Shown piece by piece: positions 1 through 13,500 of a stretch of 64,000 nt of DNA (position 1 is its first letter; each line of letters starts with the position of its first letter). The translations under genes and the position numbers were made by a program. The DNA is from Octopus sinensis (taxonomy: Eukaryota). Where the stretch lies: positions 56,618,464 through 56,682,463 of the forward strand of contig NC_043011.1 in the NCBI RefSeq assembly GCF_006345805.1, read 5' to 3'. The notes beneath the pieces are model-generated. The model made no database searches, was not told the DNA's origin, and was given only the letters and a program-made list of their open reading frames with translations.

Positions 1-647
1 TTCCTGAGCGTCCAATAATACTTTATTTGTTCCACGTCCTCGCGTTGCTGTGTTTTTTTGTGTTTTCTTGTTTGGATTAACTTTATATATATATATTCAT
101 ACGTGTGTGTGTGTGTGTGTGTGTGTGTAACAATGATTTAATCACAGATACCAGTGATTAACTTAGACAAATCAGTAAACTAAATCAAGTGTAATCTTCA
201 TTGTCAGGAAAAGTTTCATTGAAATCATCCATGTTTTGTATTGAAAGTGTGTAATCCAGAAATCATTTGTTGCTTCGTTTTTTTTCTCTAATTTCCTTCT
301 CTTTTCTCTGGTAAAGTCTCACTGAAATAGGGTCGTAGTTATGGTTCAAATGTCAGCCGCAGAGAATAAAAATAGACGACTTAAATTCAGTCGCTAAGTA
401 GTTTTAGATTGTCTCTGTCGGCAAAGAGGATTAGGGTAAAAAGATTACAAATATTTAGGAATAACAACATTTTCTGTTTGGTTCCTGTAAATATTCTTGG
501 AAATCTGCAACGTACACTCTCTTTTACCAACACAGGATGATGAAAGCAGAGAGAGAGAGGAACGAAAGAAAGAAAGCAAAAAAAAGAAAGAAAACCATTC
601 TCATTACTTCTTTGTTTTATATATTTGTATATATATGAATGTGTGAA

Positions 648-694
<47 letters not shown>

Positions 695-1207
695 TATATA
701 TATATATATACATACATGACTTGCAATTTTCTTTTCTAGCCTAAATGAGATTTCTTGTGACTTGTCTGCAAACGATTAAATTTAATATCAACTTGAAAAC
801 CAACGAAGCATAGATTCGGGCAAATATGTATTTGTGTGTTTTATTCTTTTTTACTTCTATTGATTTCAACCCTAAGGCTGTGGCCATGCTGGGGCACCAC
901 CATTAGCATTAATGCTTGTTCATTTTAGACTCATTTCCTGGCTTTGTCTCTGGAATCACTCCTGGTGAAGTAGTGAGATGGACAAAGCCACCTTTCTCTG
1001 CACATCTTTCTGTGAAGTGGGTTCATCTGGTATACCCAGATAAAAATTTGTTTAATTGTTCTTTGAAGAGATCCACACCTATTCCTTGTAGATCCCTGGG
1101 GCCTTTTTGGCAAGGTATTGAAAAATTGTGGGTGTTTGAACCCTAAGGTATTTCAGAATTGTAAATTAATGAACAATCACTGTTATTGTTTCTTTCCCTA
1201 TATTAAG

Positions 1208-1424
1208 AGCTGATATTCCAAAGATTGTGATGGAAACCCCTAAAGAAGAAGTCACTGAAACAGAGGCTCCTCAGGCTGAAGCACCCGAAGTGCCTGAAGT
1301 GGATAAAATAGAATCTGAGGTTGGAGCAGATGCAGAAAAGAAACCTGAAGCCGGAGTTGCAGATAGTGAAGCTCCCAAAAAATATACTCTGAATCAATTG
1401 ATACCAATTGGTGCCATTTTAAAG
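1208..1424 (+). CDS. SPEF2: SPEF2-like internal exon (acidic E/P/A-rich linker ending ...LIPIGAILK); upstream exons lie before the window
   Basis: Pyrimidine tract + TAAG acceptor at 1207, donor AAG|GTGGGT at 1424 (phase 0); splices in frame to exon 15040. Confidence 0.8.
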
Positions 1425-1587
1425 GTGGGTGTATATATGAATTTGTGATCTTTGTGTGTGTGTGTTTATATACACAGACATACCTGCATACATACATACA
1501 TACATACATGATTACACACACACACACACATACATATATTAAAATTTACAAAACAAAAAGATGCAATGAACAGGCTTTACTCACAAG

Positions 1588-1689
1588 TCACAACAATTGT
1601 TTCTGAGCAATGTTGCTGAGTTTTCTATATTATTCTATTATGTAAATGAATATGGTCCAGCAGCTGTGTACCTGCACATCATCAGGTGA
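1588..1689 (-). ncRNA. Degenerate hammerhead-like motif
   Basis: Minus strand: TCAC-CTGATGA-TGTGCAG...TTGCTCA-GAAA-CAATTG-TT-GTGA; palindromic stem III, triplet GTT. Confidence 0.55.
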
Positions 1690-1814
1690 GGAATCCTGCT
1701 GTATGACAGCATATGATAGCTGATAACTGTATAGCAACTTTGAAATGCACACTGTGAGTTTATTACCCAGATGATATTAAATATGTACATATATATATTT
1801 ATATAGAGAAAGGA

Positions 1815-2337
1815 AGCTAGTATGCTTCACTGGATGTCCAATGTCAGTGTGTATGTACAACAGAAGATAAATGTGTTGAGAGAGGATCTGGGCATAAGAG
1901 GCATCAGCTGTGAGAGACAAATGTGCTGGTATGGTCATGTGATGCATATGGATGAGAACAGCTGTATAAAGAAGTGTTGATCTCTAAGTACAGAGGGAAC
2001 CTGTGGAAGAGGTAGGCTCAGAACGACATGGGACAAGGTGGTGAAGCATGATCTTCGACGAATGTTGGACCTCACGGAGGTGAGGACAATTGACCAAGAC
2101 CTTTGGTGATATACTGTGCTTGAGAAGACTCATCAAGCCAAGTGAAGCCATAGTTCTGGCCATTGCCAGTGTCCTGTAAATGGCACCTGTGCCGTGATAC
2201 ATGGCATTAGGAAGGGCATCTAGTTGTACAAACTATGCCAAATCAGACTGGAACTTGGTGCAGTTCTCCAGCTTATCAGTTCCTGTCAAACCGTCTAACC
2301 CTTACCAGCATGGAAGGTGGATGTTAAATGATGATGA
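1815..2337 (+). mobile_element. RTE-clade LINE 3' fragment with (GAT)n tail
   Basis: Remnant translation WYGHVMHMDENSCIKKC...EGTCGRGR...TWDKVVKHDL, typical of an RTE ORF C-terminus. Confidence 0.75.
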
Positions 2338-3433
2338 ATATACCTCTCCCCTTTCTCTCTCTCTCTCCCCTTTCTCTCTCCCCTTTCTCTCTCTCTCCCC
2401 TTTCTCTCTTCCCCTTTTCTCTCTCTCTCTTCCTTTGCTTCTCTTTCTTTTCTTTTCCCTCTTCTCTGTCACGTGACTGTTGGCCGAAATCTGCCTTTCA
2501 GCTCCTGACCCTCGTCGTTTTACATCGTTGTTTTTCGTCCGCCGCTATAAAGGCTTTTTCCAATGCGCCAGAGAAAAATTTGTTTGCTTGTTATCAGTCG
2601 TAAAGACACTTGTTGTTTTCACACGTTAATGCTTCGTATTTCATGTTCTGTATTCATTATTGTTTTTTTGTTTTTTTTGTTTTTATATCTGTCCCTTTTG
2701 CTGTCCTGGTGTTCGTATGCATTCGTCCTTCTTCCAGGAAATCTACGCTTCCAGCTTAGTTTTTCTAATGCTCGTTGCTTAGTTTTTCTTGGAGGCTGGC
2801 CGTGATCTAGTAATCTCAAGATTAATCAGCCGAAATTACTACGATGATCGGTTCTTGACTGAAGACTGAGGGGTTCGAATGTCCTGTCCATGTTTATTGT
2901 TCGTCTTCTAGAGTATACGTTCTTGTCCATGTTGTATTTTTCTACATACCTTAATATATATATATATATATATATGCTTAAATACATATGTACACACAAA
3001 CATACAGACACATATGGGAATAAAAAATACACATGCCTAATGAGGAATATGATGAAGTAAAGGGGAGACTGATAGGTAAATCAAATGGTTGAAAAAAGCA
3101 TAAGTATATGAAATGAAACAATAACAATTTAGGGTCTGTCTGTCTTATCTTCAACATCCTTATGAAATTGTCCATGCATTCTTTTGTTATCATCATCATC
3201 ATCATCGTCATCATTATCATTTGTTACATCCGAAGTGCAACAAGCTAGCAGAACCATTAGCATGCCAGTGACATTTCTTCTGGTTTTATGTCCTGAGTTC
3301 AAGTTCTACTATGGGGAGTTCTGCCTTTCACTCTTTTTGGGCCATTGAAATTAGTACCAGATGAGCCCCTCAGGTTGATGTCAACATCTAACCCTCTCTC
3401 TAGCCCCCCTCTCTCTTTATTTCTTTTCCTATT

Positions 3434-3555
<122 letters not shown>

Positions 3556-4484
3556 AGCTAGCTGTCTCTCAGAATTTCAGGTCTTCTGACTATAGTAGAA
3601 AGAATCGTTATTCTACACCAAATAACCAGAATTACTCTTCAGTTTGTCACAGCTAATCTCAACAGAAGTGCTTAAACACCACACCAAACCATTCCTGTTT
3701 AGCAAGCACCAGAGTCAGTTCTATAAAGCACCAGTCTTTTTATACAAATTCAAGTCTAAATTCTCATTTCTTCATCTCGTTTTTGTCCAACTTCAGGCAA
3801 TTGCTGTGTTTTGTTAATGATATTATTCATTAAAATTTTCTAAAGATGCCTACAGGAACACAAATAACGTGGATTTACCATCTTAAGATTAAATGAAGCC
3901 ACGGAAATATCGAAGAGCATCCAGGAAATAATTTAGCAGTAATGTGTTAATTTGATTAGCATTTATTGATAGTTATTAATATTCTAATCTAAAGGATATG
4001 TGATATATTCTTTAGATATGAAAGAAGTGAATGCAGGATTACACCTCTAAAAGAATGTGTTTGCATGTAATATAATATAATATGATATAATATAATATAC
4101 TATAATGTGATATAATATGATATGATATAATATTTATGTCATTTTGTCTATCAATCGGTATATATCTATCTAATTGTCTATGTGCTCATGGATGCGTATA
4201 TAATATATGTAATACAATATAATGTAACACAGCATTATATCTGTTTATTTGTCAATGTCTGTGTATATCGACGCTTATATAATCTTTAGTATATGTGTGA
4301 GCATGTCTGTGTGTGTGTGTGTCTGTGTAGCTAATAATTCATACAGGTATTACTCAGAGTTTCGTTGGAATATAAGCACAGCCCCAGTTGAAGAAATGTC
4401 TGTAATCAATGAAGTCTTGGTTGCATTCAGCTTGAATCAAGGTTTCTTAATGGTTACTGGTATTTCAAGTTTCCGTTAGATGTA

Positions 4485-4884
4485 GGCGTAGGAGTGGCTG
4501 TGTGGTAAGTAGCTTGCTTACCAACCACATGGTTCCGGGTTCAGTCCCACTGTGTGGTACCTTGGGCAAGTGTCTTCTACTATAGCATCGGGCCAACCAA
4601 AGCCTTGTGAGTGGATTTAGTAGACGGAAACTGAAAGAAACCTGTCGTATATATGTATATGTATGTTTGTGTGTCTGTGTTTGTCCCCCCCAACATCGCT
4701 TGATAAACTGATAGTGGTGTGTTTACGTCCCCGTCACTTAGCAGTTTGGAAAAAGAGACCGATAGAATAAGTACTAAGCTTACAAAAAATAAGTCCTGGG
4801 GTTGATTTCCTCGACTAAAGGTGGTACTCCAACATGGCTTCAGTCAAATGTCTGAAAGAAGTAAAAGAGTAAAAAGAGTAAGAG
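4485..4884 (+). mobile_element. tRNA-derived SINE family A, full length (CORE-like centre). Other copies: ~9745-10040, 13598-13990, 22015-22390, 23610-23955(-), 26500-26755, 36380-36540(-), 41430-41790, 48995-49140(-), 55720-56080(-), 57815-58070, 59850-60100(-), 63660-63830
   Basis: A box TGGCTGTGTGG, B box GGTTCAGTCCC, centre ACCTTGGGCAAGTGTCTTCT, tail (AGTAAAAG)n; many dispersed copies. Confidence 0.85.
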
Positions 4885-5857
4885 ATAATGTTATTAAAAT
4901 CATGAAGGTCTGCTGCATAAGTCACTGTTAGATGATGTTAGATTGTGAAGATGCAAAGGAAGCAACTTCCATCAGTGTTCTGACCCCCGTCTTAAAAACT
5001 GTGAGCAACTACAGGGCACTCTTTATGCAGTCCCTTGATATGCATACTCTGGCAGACAAAACAAAGAACATATATAAACAAGGAGTTGGTTTAAATATAT
5101 CCCTACTAATCTAACAATAGCTAATTTCCTACTCCACTTTATGTTTTAATAAAGATAAATATTATCCCTGTATGAAACCAAATGAGGAAACAGATCTGTA
5201 AGAATTCTCATCGCCCAACACACAGCTATAACTAGGAACCTTTTAGCAAGCATAAATAGGTAGTTGGGTGTCTTATTTATCTTCTGATAGGGAAATTTCT
5301 AATAGGATAAGTACCCCAGTCTACATGAAGCTCTAGTTGAAGTGATGTCTATGAAAAGTTAGACTATATGGATAATCTCCTATTCCCTTGGAACCTGATG
5401 AGATCTAAGAAGAGATTAATCTGGTTTAATCCATCTGCTAATCTACACCTCACTATAAATATTGCTAGGAATTTTCTCTCTCTTAGAAGGTATCACTTTC
5501 CAACTACACATAAAAACCTCAAACTTTACAGGTCCACTATGCCAGCATAGTGAAACTAACACACACACACGTACATGCACCCATGTGCACACACACACAC
5601 ACACACACAAGTGTGTGAGCATCATCTGTCATAAATTTGACAGTCTTTTTTTTTTTTTTTATAGGGAAAAATAAAAAAGAACAGTTCTGATAAATAGTCC
5701 TCTGTTATATAAACATATATCTGTCTGTCAGTAGCTTTTTAGCTTTTATTTCTAGCTATGTAGGTGTCCTAACACTCCAGTCATATCTAGTCACATCTAT
5801 AGCAAAAACATATGTACGAATAGAGAAGCAAGTCCAGAAAAAGCTGAGTTAATTGGT

Positions 5858-5908
5858 CTCTACTAATGAAGCTACAGAATTAGCTGAAACTGACCAAACA
5901 GTATAAGG
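5858..5908 (+). ncRNA. Degenerate hammerhead-like motif between ~70 bp direct repeats
   Basis: CTAATGA (one change from CTGATGA)-AGCTA cagaat TAGCT-GAAA-CTG accaaa CAG-TA. Confidence 0.5.
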
Positions 5909-6174
5909 AATTCTTGACCGGTGCTTTCAGGTGATTACGGTCCCTGTCACTACATATATATACAATTATGTGCTTTAACAACAGCATTAGGCCTTCTTAG
6001 CTCTTATTTCTAGCAGTGTAGGTGTTCTCACATCCTAGTCATATTTAGTAACAGTTATAGTTTTCCTTTTTGGTAAAACATTGCACACTACTGTCCATAT
6101 TAAATTTTATATATATATATATGTATGTGTGTATATATATATATGTATGTATGTATATATGATTAATATGAAGC

Positions 6175-6175
<1 letters not shown>

Positions 6176-6216
<41 letters not shown>

Positions 6217-6266
6217 CATCATTATCATTATTATCATCATTATTATCATTATTATTATTATTGTTA

Positions 6267-6348
<82 letters not shown>

Positions 6349-6400
6349 AAAGAAAGAAAAAAAAATTATTATCATTATTATTATTATCATTATATTATTA

Positions 6401-6436
<36 letters not shown>

Positions 6437-6437
6437 G
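6176..6437. repeat. (TTA/TCA)n trinucleotide microsatellite
   Basis: Direct inspection. Confidence 0.95.
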
Positions 6438-7319
6438 TCTTTGTTGTTCTATTCCCCCTGCTCCCTCCATCGTCACCTTTTGTACCGAGAACTCTTTATG
6501 CTTATGGAGATTAATGATTCACAACATCAGATGCAACAGCTTACATAATGTAATTTATACACTCTTGTAGGATTCTATATTTTTCATTTCAAAGACTGTC
6601 ATTGGACAGATAATGACAAGTTATAGCTTAATTAAATATCAAAATGTCTGAGATGAATTATTGTTAATACAATTATAATTTTTCAAATGATTAACCTCAT
6701 CTCAAGAGATGAATTGTGTTTTAATATTTCTGTCTGCATAGTGTTTCCATTAACATCCGCTGTTTTATTCCTGGCCATCTACAAAGGACCAGATGCAATG
6801 TGAACTTGGAACTTGGAACTTTAAACTAAGCCTAACAATGTTCTTACTCACTTGACCAAAGCTACCAAACTTATGTTTTTTCAGAACCTTTTTCAGATTT
6901 TTCAGAAAATTCATGGAACCAATACATGTTACAAACAATCCCTCAACCCCTAATTTTGATAAAAATAATTAAATGAAATTAAAAATTATATTTGGGAGAG
7001 GATTTATTGCCATGAAAAATATATTTTGCCATTTACTTGTTTCAGTTGGTGGACTGTGCCCATGCTGGAGCACTGCTTTGGTGGGTTTTAGTCAAAGAAC
7101 TCAATCCCAGAACTTAATTTTAAGTCTGGTGTAGTTTTCTACAGCTGGATTCCCCTTCTTAACACCAACCACTCCAAGAGTGTAGTGGGTGCATTTTACA
7201 TGCCATAGGCATTGGGGCCAGTTATGAAACACTGGCATTGGCCATGGCTGCAATCTCACTTGGCTTGACCAATCAAGAGTTCCATAAATCTCTCTATAAA
7301 TGGTAAAGACTCTCTACAG

Positions 7320-7608
7320 TAATGAATGACCATGGGATTGCCCCTAGAAAGTTCCCCTCCAAGGCACAAGTTATGGAATACCAACAGCCCTCCCTCTCCA
7401 TGCCACCGATGTTGTCCAAGGGAAAGGCAAAAGGGGCCGATACAACTTGGCACCAGTGAGACGTCACAACTCATTTCCACAGCTGAGTGAACTGAAACAA
7501 TGTGAAATAAAGTGTCTTGCTCAAGAACACAATACTCAGCCGGGTCTAGGAATTGAACTCACTATATCATGATTAGCCCAACACTCTAACCACTGAGCTA
7601 TGCACCTA
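7320..7608 (-). mobile_element. tRNA-derived SINE with V/CORE-like centre (also ~60640-60790 - and 20540-20630 +)
   Basis: On -: AGCTCAGTGGTTAGAG A box, GTTCAATTCC B box, GTGTTCTTGAGCAAGACACTTTATTTCAC...CACTCAGCTG. Confidence 0.7.
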
Positions 7609-8048
7609 TATCATTAATTAACAAAGAAGATACAAAATGACTCAATTGCTAATTGGTGAGGCTGATGTAATTCCCTGATAATACATTCTGCTAACAAAAC
7701 TCTGTAAAAATGCGGCAATCTCCAAAACTGACTTAGCTCCAGTGAAAGTAACCATTGAATAGAGATCAATAAAATAAGGAGCAGACTGTTGTGTGGCTGG
7801 CATAATCCAATAAAACCTTTGAAAGCAGTGCTCCAGCATGGCAGCTGAACAATAACTGGAACCAGTAAACGACAAAATGTTGGCTCAAAATTGTTTAGAA
7901 ACATGTCTCTATGTATGTGTATATATGTATGTATGTGTATGTGTGTATAAATATATATCTCCCACACACACACATTATAGATAGATAGATACATGTATGC
8001 ACACACAGTAATATATTTTTATTATTTTTCTACACATGTACACACTAG

Positions 8049-8080
<32 letters not shown>

Positions 8081-9490
8081 CACACAAGCACACACACATA
8101 AGCACACTCATACATCAATAAAGACCATTTTAATGTTCATTTTTCCATGCTTCATGGGCTGGACAGGATTTACTGAAGCAGATTTTCTATGGCCAGATGC
8201 TTTCCTTGTTGCCAACCAGTTTCCAATACAATGCCTCCCCATGGCCAGACCTTGTTGCAGAATATTTGAGATGAATGACAAAGCTTGCAATGACAATGGC
8301 AATCTTTTTACATGTATCACACGAGGAAGTCAAAACGGGCAAACACACAGGCTTCTTTCAGTTTCTGTCTACTAAATCCATTCACAAGGCTATAATAGAA
8401 AACACTTACCCAACATGCCACACAGTGGGACTGAACCCAGAACCATGTAGTTTGCATGTGTGTGTGTGTGTTTAAATCCAAATTGATTAAAATATTGAAT
8501 GATGCATGCAGTGGTAAATGACTCTGATCTTTATATTATGCCACACATACATACATCCTTGCATATGCATACATGTATTTTATACTATTATGTGTGTATG
8601 TGTATATACACATATAATATCGAAATATTAGTATATTTTCTAATTATATACCATTTATCTTACAATTAGTATCTTCAAATAACTTTATATGTTGTTTGAT
8701 TTTTTAAAAAAATTTATGAACACATTAAGTTTATCTCAACATTTTTACTGTTTGTATATTAAACATTAAGTTTATATATATCTACTTTTGGAGTTGAACA
8801 GAAAATTTTATTCACCAATTATACTTGGAATTTAGACATGAAAATGAAGAAAACTGCCTGTGATAACAACAAATTATAACTTTCTCTTTTCCTATCAAAA
8901 TGTAAAATCATTCTTACTTTGTAACTTATTTTTAGACTTTATTTATTAATAAGTTTATAATTTCTTTCTTGCGTCTCGTGTTTCATTTTGTTCTTTGCAA
9001 GATAAATCGGAACGTGTTTTTTATTATCATTTGTGTATGTCTTACTATCTTAATTTTGTTTGTTTGGTTTTTTAAATGTCTAAATGTGACTTACATACAA
9101 AATATTTATACAACATAAACCTGTGCTGGCGCCACGACAAAAGCACTCATGTTAATGCTATATAAAAAGCTCCAAGTACACTTTGTAAGGTGGTTGGCAT
9201 CAGGAAGGGCATCCAGCAATAGAAACCATACCAAAACAGACAATCGGAGTCTGGTGCAATTCTCTGGCTTGCGAACTCCTGTCAAAGTGTTCAACCCATG
9301 CCAGCATGGTAAACGGATGTGAAATGACGATGAGGATGCCACTGCCAACGCAGTGTTATGGTTAATAACAATGTTGCATAACGAGATTGGTTGCATGGTG
9401 ACAGAGCTCTTATATACTTAATGTAATTTAACCAAAAGATTTTTTAGTCAATTAAAATTCTACCTGTAATGAAGAGAAATGTCATTAGCA

Positions 9491-9721
9491 TTAACCCTTT
9501 CATTAGCATATATCTGTTGAGAAACAGTACTGTTGTTTTAATTAATTTTGTAAATAATGGAAAATTTAGTCAAATAAATGCCATACTAAGCTGCTGTTTG
9601 GAACAAAAATTAGCATGGAATTTTGATGAAGCATTTTAATTAAGATCAATTTAAAAGGGGAAGTTTGTATCACAGAGCCAGGGGGGAAGTGTTAGATAGT
9701 TAGGTATCAAAAAGGTTCTAA
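9491..9721. mobile_element. TTAA-flanked (piggyBac-like) MITE; related copies ~21578-21700, 24170-24342, 61238-61460, 63130-63285
   Basis: Begins TTAACCCTTT and ends AAAAAGGTT; shared internal AT-rich sequence across copies. Confidence 0.55.
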
Positions 9722-10517
9722 TGAAAATTCTTTGTGAAAAAGACATGGGTAGGTGTCAGCATGTCTGTGAGGGTAAGAAGTTTGCTTCACAGCAATATGG
9801 CTTTGAGATCAATCCCACTGGGTGGCACCTTGGGTAAGTGTCTTGGAACTGACCAATGCCTTATGAGTGAATTTAGGAGATGGAAACTGAATGAAGCCGG
9901 TCATGTATTTATGTCCCCTACCACTGCTTTGCAACTGCTTTTAATGTGTTTACATCCCTATAACTTAGTAGATTGTCAAAAGAGATCGATAGAATAAGTA
10001 ACAGGCTTTAAAAAAAAGCCTGGGGGTTGATTCATTCAACTAATAATTTCTCACTACCTTGAGATACATTTGCGATGCGTGAGTAAACTCGGGATAATCC
10101 ATTAAAGGGTTAAAAATCCTAATAGCTCCATTTATATATTCATAATGTCTCTCACCGGCTCCCTTTGTCTTTGCATAACTTTGTCCATCACATCCTGTAC
10201 ATTTTACTTTATAAAGAACCCAAGTGAATGTTTTGTATTTATCTTTTCAAACCCTTGTGGCTAATAAAAAAAAGATGATCATCATAATCATTGCCATCAT
10301 CATCATCATCATCATCGTCGTCGTCATCATCATCTTCATTGTCATCATCAGTACTATTTTAAATCTATATATCAAATCCTTCATATAAATGCTCTAAATT
10401 TTGTTCTGAAGTGGTCTTAACTAATTCTTTTATACTTTGAATAAAAATGTTTAAATCACTTACTCTTATATATACTATATATATATATAAATAAATATAT
10501 ATACATATATACATGCA

Positions 10518-10588
<71 letters not shown>

Positions 10589-13500
10589 ATACATATATAT
10601 ATATAGAGAGAAAGAGAGAGATCGAGAGAGAGAGGAGCCTTTCAGCTGCTCAGGGGTTTGGTGGATGGAAGTGTATTTGTGGGTGTGTGGGCATATAAAT
10701 TTATGTGCTTTCATCCATACATGCATTATATACTTAACTTCACATAAAAACACATACACACACTTACTTATACATATACACAGCTTCCTCCACATGCACG
10801 CATGCACTTTCGATATATATAGTATTTATTAATTTTTTCTTTACTTTTAATTATATTTTATTACATTTATTTATCGTAATTAAAAGCAATCAATTCTCAC
10901 TCTAAACTCCAAAAGGCCTTCTATTTCAGTTATAATAACATTTATCTTTGCCAAGAAGGATTAAATTGTTTTGCTAATTATAATATATATTATTGCAATT
11001 AATTTAATGTACCATCCAAATTTATATGCTATGGAAGAATTAATTTTCCTCAAATAGGCATTCATTTATATGATGTTTGCTTGTCTGAACTCTCCTCTTT
11101 AAATGTTACTCTTATATTTTGTGATTTCATTACGATTGGGAGACTGGGTGTTGTAGGGTAGGGAGCTGAAAGAGCATAAATCCATGAGGCACAATAATTA
11201 TTACTAATTATAAAATATTGTTAACAAGCCAAATTACCACAAAATGTTTACTCAAACTAACAAAAAATTGTTTACAGTACGCTGGATGTTATGTGGGGAA
11301 GTCACATCATCTCGTTATATCCTTCTTACCCAGCATACATAATCCACACCTGATATATATCTTTCATTATTTAATGACTGGTTTTTGCCTTTAAGAAATA
11401 TTTCTTTAATTATCTTAATGAAAAATTTCCTTAGAAAGATGAAAGGAATGTTAACAAAGTCCCATGTGCTTGTCAGCTAATTGCAGTGGGTGGATGACAA
11501 CAAAGTCATAGCAGTGGTGATGTGCCACCCCTGATGGCCAATAATAGCTACACAAAACATCACAGCCAAAAATAAGAGTTTTACATCTTGTATGGCAATA
11601 CTCTTGACCAAAACATAAACAACCATACAGTTGAACTGAAAAAAGACAAAGTTGAAATACGGTGCTCCTATAACGTAGTTTGTTTCTGATAAATTCATGG
11701 TTTCATACTTTATTCTAGTATATTGTCACAACATTTTACTTACATTCACAGAATCACACATTTTTTCTGAAAAACCAGTTTAAAATATCTTTCATCATCA
11801 CCGTCGTTTAACGTCCGTCTTCCGCGCTAGCACGGGTTGGACGGTTTGACCGGGGTCTGGGAAGCCAGGGGCTGCACCAGGTTCCAGTCTGATCTGGCAG
11901 AGTTTCTACAGCTGGATGCCCTTCCTAACGCCAACCACTCCGTGAGTGTAGTGGGTGCTTTCTACGTGCCACCTGCACAGGTGCCAGGGGGGTCCGGCAT
12001 CGGCCGAGGGGTCCGGCATCATAAAACTTACTAAATTTGTTTTTTCCACAAAATATACTTGTTAAATATGGATATGTCTTAAGCAAAGATACATCATACA
12101 GCTTGACAAAATATGGTACATTCGTACATCCATACATACAGTCGTATATAAATGCAAATATCTTCATGCACATGTATATGCATTCAAAGTTACACATGCA
12201 CATACATCTGCTCTTTTGTACATTCATTCAAACACTCAAGACCCAAGTGTTGTTATGGAAGATTTCTTAAATTGACTGAATCGTTATTTGAGCAAAATGT
12301 TAAAGAAAAGAACTAAAAAAAAAAATACAAATGAAATTATTTAATACATTAAAAAACAATAAGAGGTTCATTTCAAAACAATTAGTGTTTTTCACAAATA
12401 ATAGAAATATGAAATCACAAAATGCACAATGTGTAGAATAATCTTGTAAGAAGATTTTAGGAAAATAAAAAGCGAAAATTTTAGGAAAATAAAAATAAGA
12501 AAAAAGAGTGGAAATTTTACCAGTGAGTGTGTTATATTATAAGGCACAAAAAGAAAATGACTCTCCCCAGACACAACAGAATATGTTTATGTTTGTATAG
12601 CAACTTTTATAAATGAATTAATGCCATATAAAAGTTCTTGTCTGCCGTTTCTCTTTTTATATATGTATCTGTGTGTGAACATTATGATGATGATGATGAT
12701 TTTTATCCACTACACTAACAATTCCCCCCCCCCCTGTTCTGCTTGTCAGCAATACACCACAGCAAAGAGGTTGAGTTCTTTGATTTGTAGAGAAGTAAAT
12801 GGAACCATCAAATATTGCGATAAGTTGAGTAGGGAAATCAATAAGAGTTAGTGTGGCTGCTAGAAGTCAGGATAATGATTCCATTATCACAATGAAGAAT
12901 TACTTCTGGTTTGTGTCGAACTGTTTGAAGTAGCAAGCAGTAAAATCTTTCAAATGTGTATAATTCTTGGAGATAAACATGAATTTTGTGGGATAAATTG
13001 AGTTTGAGCAAACGTAAAGACAATTACGGTAATTCCTTAATCAGGAAAGTGCATAGAACCAGGACTGTAGCTTAACTTTGGTTTGAGTGAATGAAGAAGA
13101 AATGAATATATTCTTTGCAATTCTTCCCTTTATTAGCATTATTCAAGGATAATTGACATTTGCAATTATTACTAACAGGAGGTTGGTGCCACTAGAAAAG
13201 AAAAATTAAAGCAGATTCTGTTAGTTTTTGGCAAATGTGTAGCAGTAGCCAGTTGTGTGTGTGTGTGTGTGTGTCTGTCTCTGCCCGTCTGTCCTTTGTC
13301 ATTGCATTTCAGTGAAAGATGTCAATACTGGCAGGTGTGATATTTGTTCTGCCCAAATTACACAGGTGCTTCCTTATCATTCCCCACCATCCAAAACAAG
13401 TGTTTACTTCATTGAGAACCTGTAAACGATGACAATTTTGTTCAAATATCAAAATGTTGTAGGAAAAATGATAAATAAAAAGTTTGTTACCAGCAAAAAG

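Noticed and set aside
1208-1380. Acidic E/P/A-rich stretch as a novel domain
   Set aside because: Vertebrate SPEF2 also has a poorly conserved acidic linker here (from recall)
4485-4560. tRNA gene
   Set aside because: A/B boxes belong to SINE heads; no cloverleaf, and followed by SINE body
6081-6390. Poly-Leu / poly-Ile ORFs
   Set aside because: (TTA)n microsatellite
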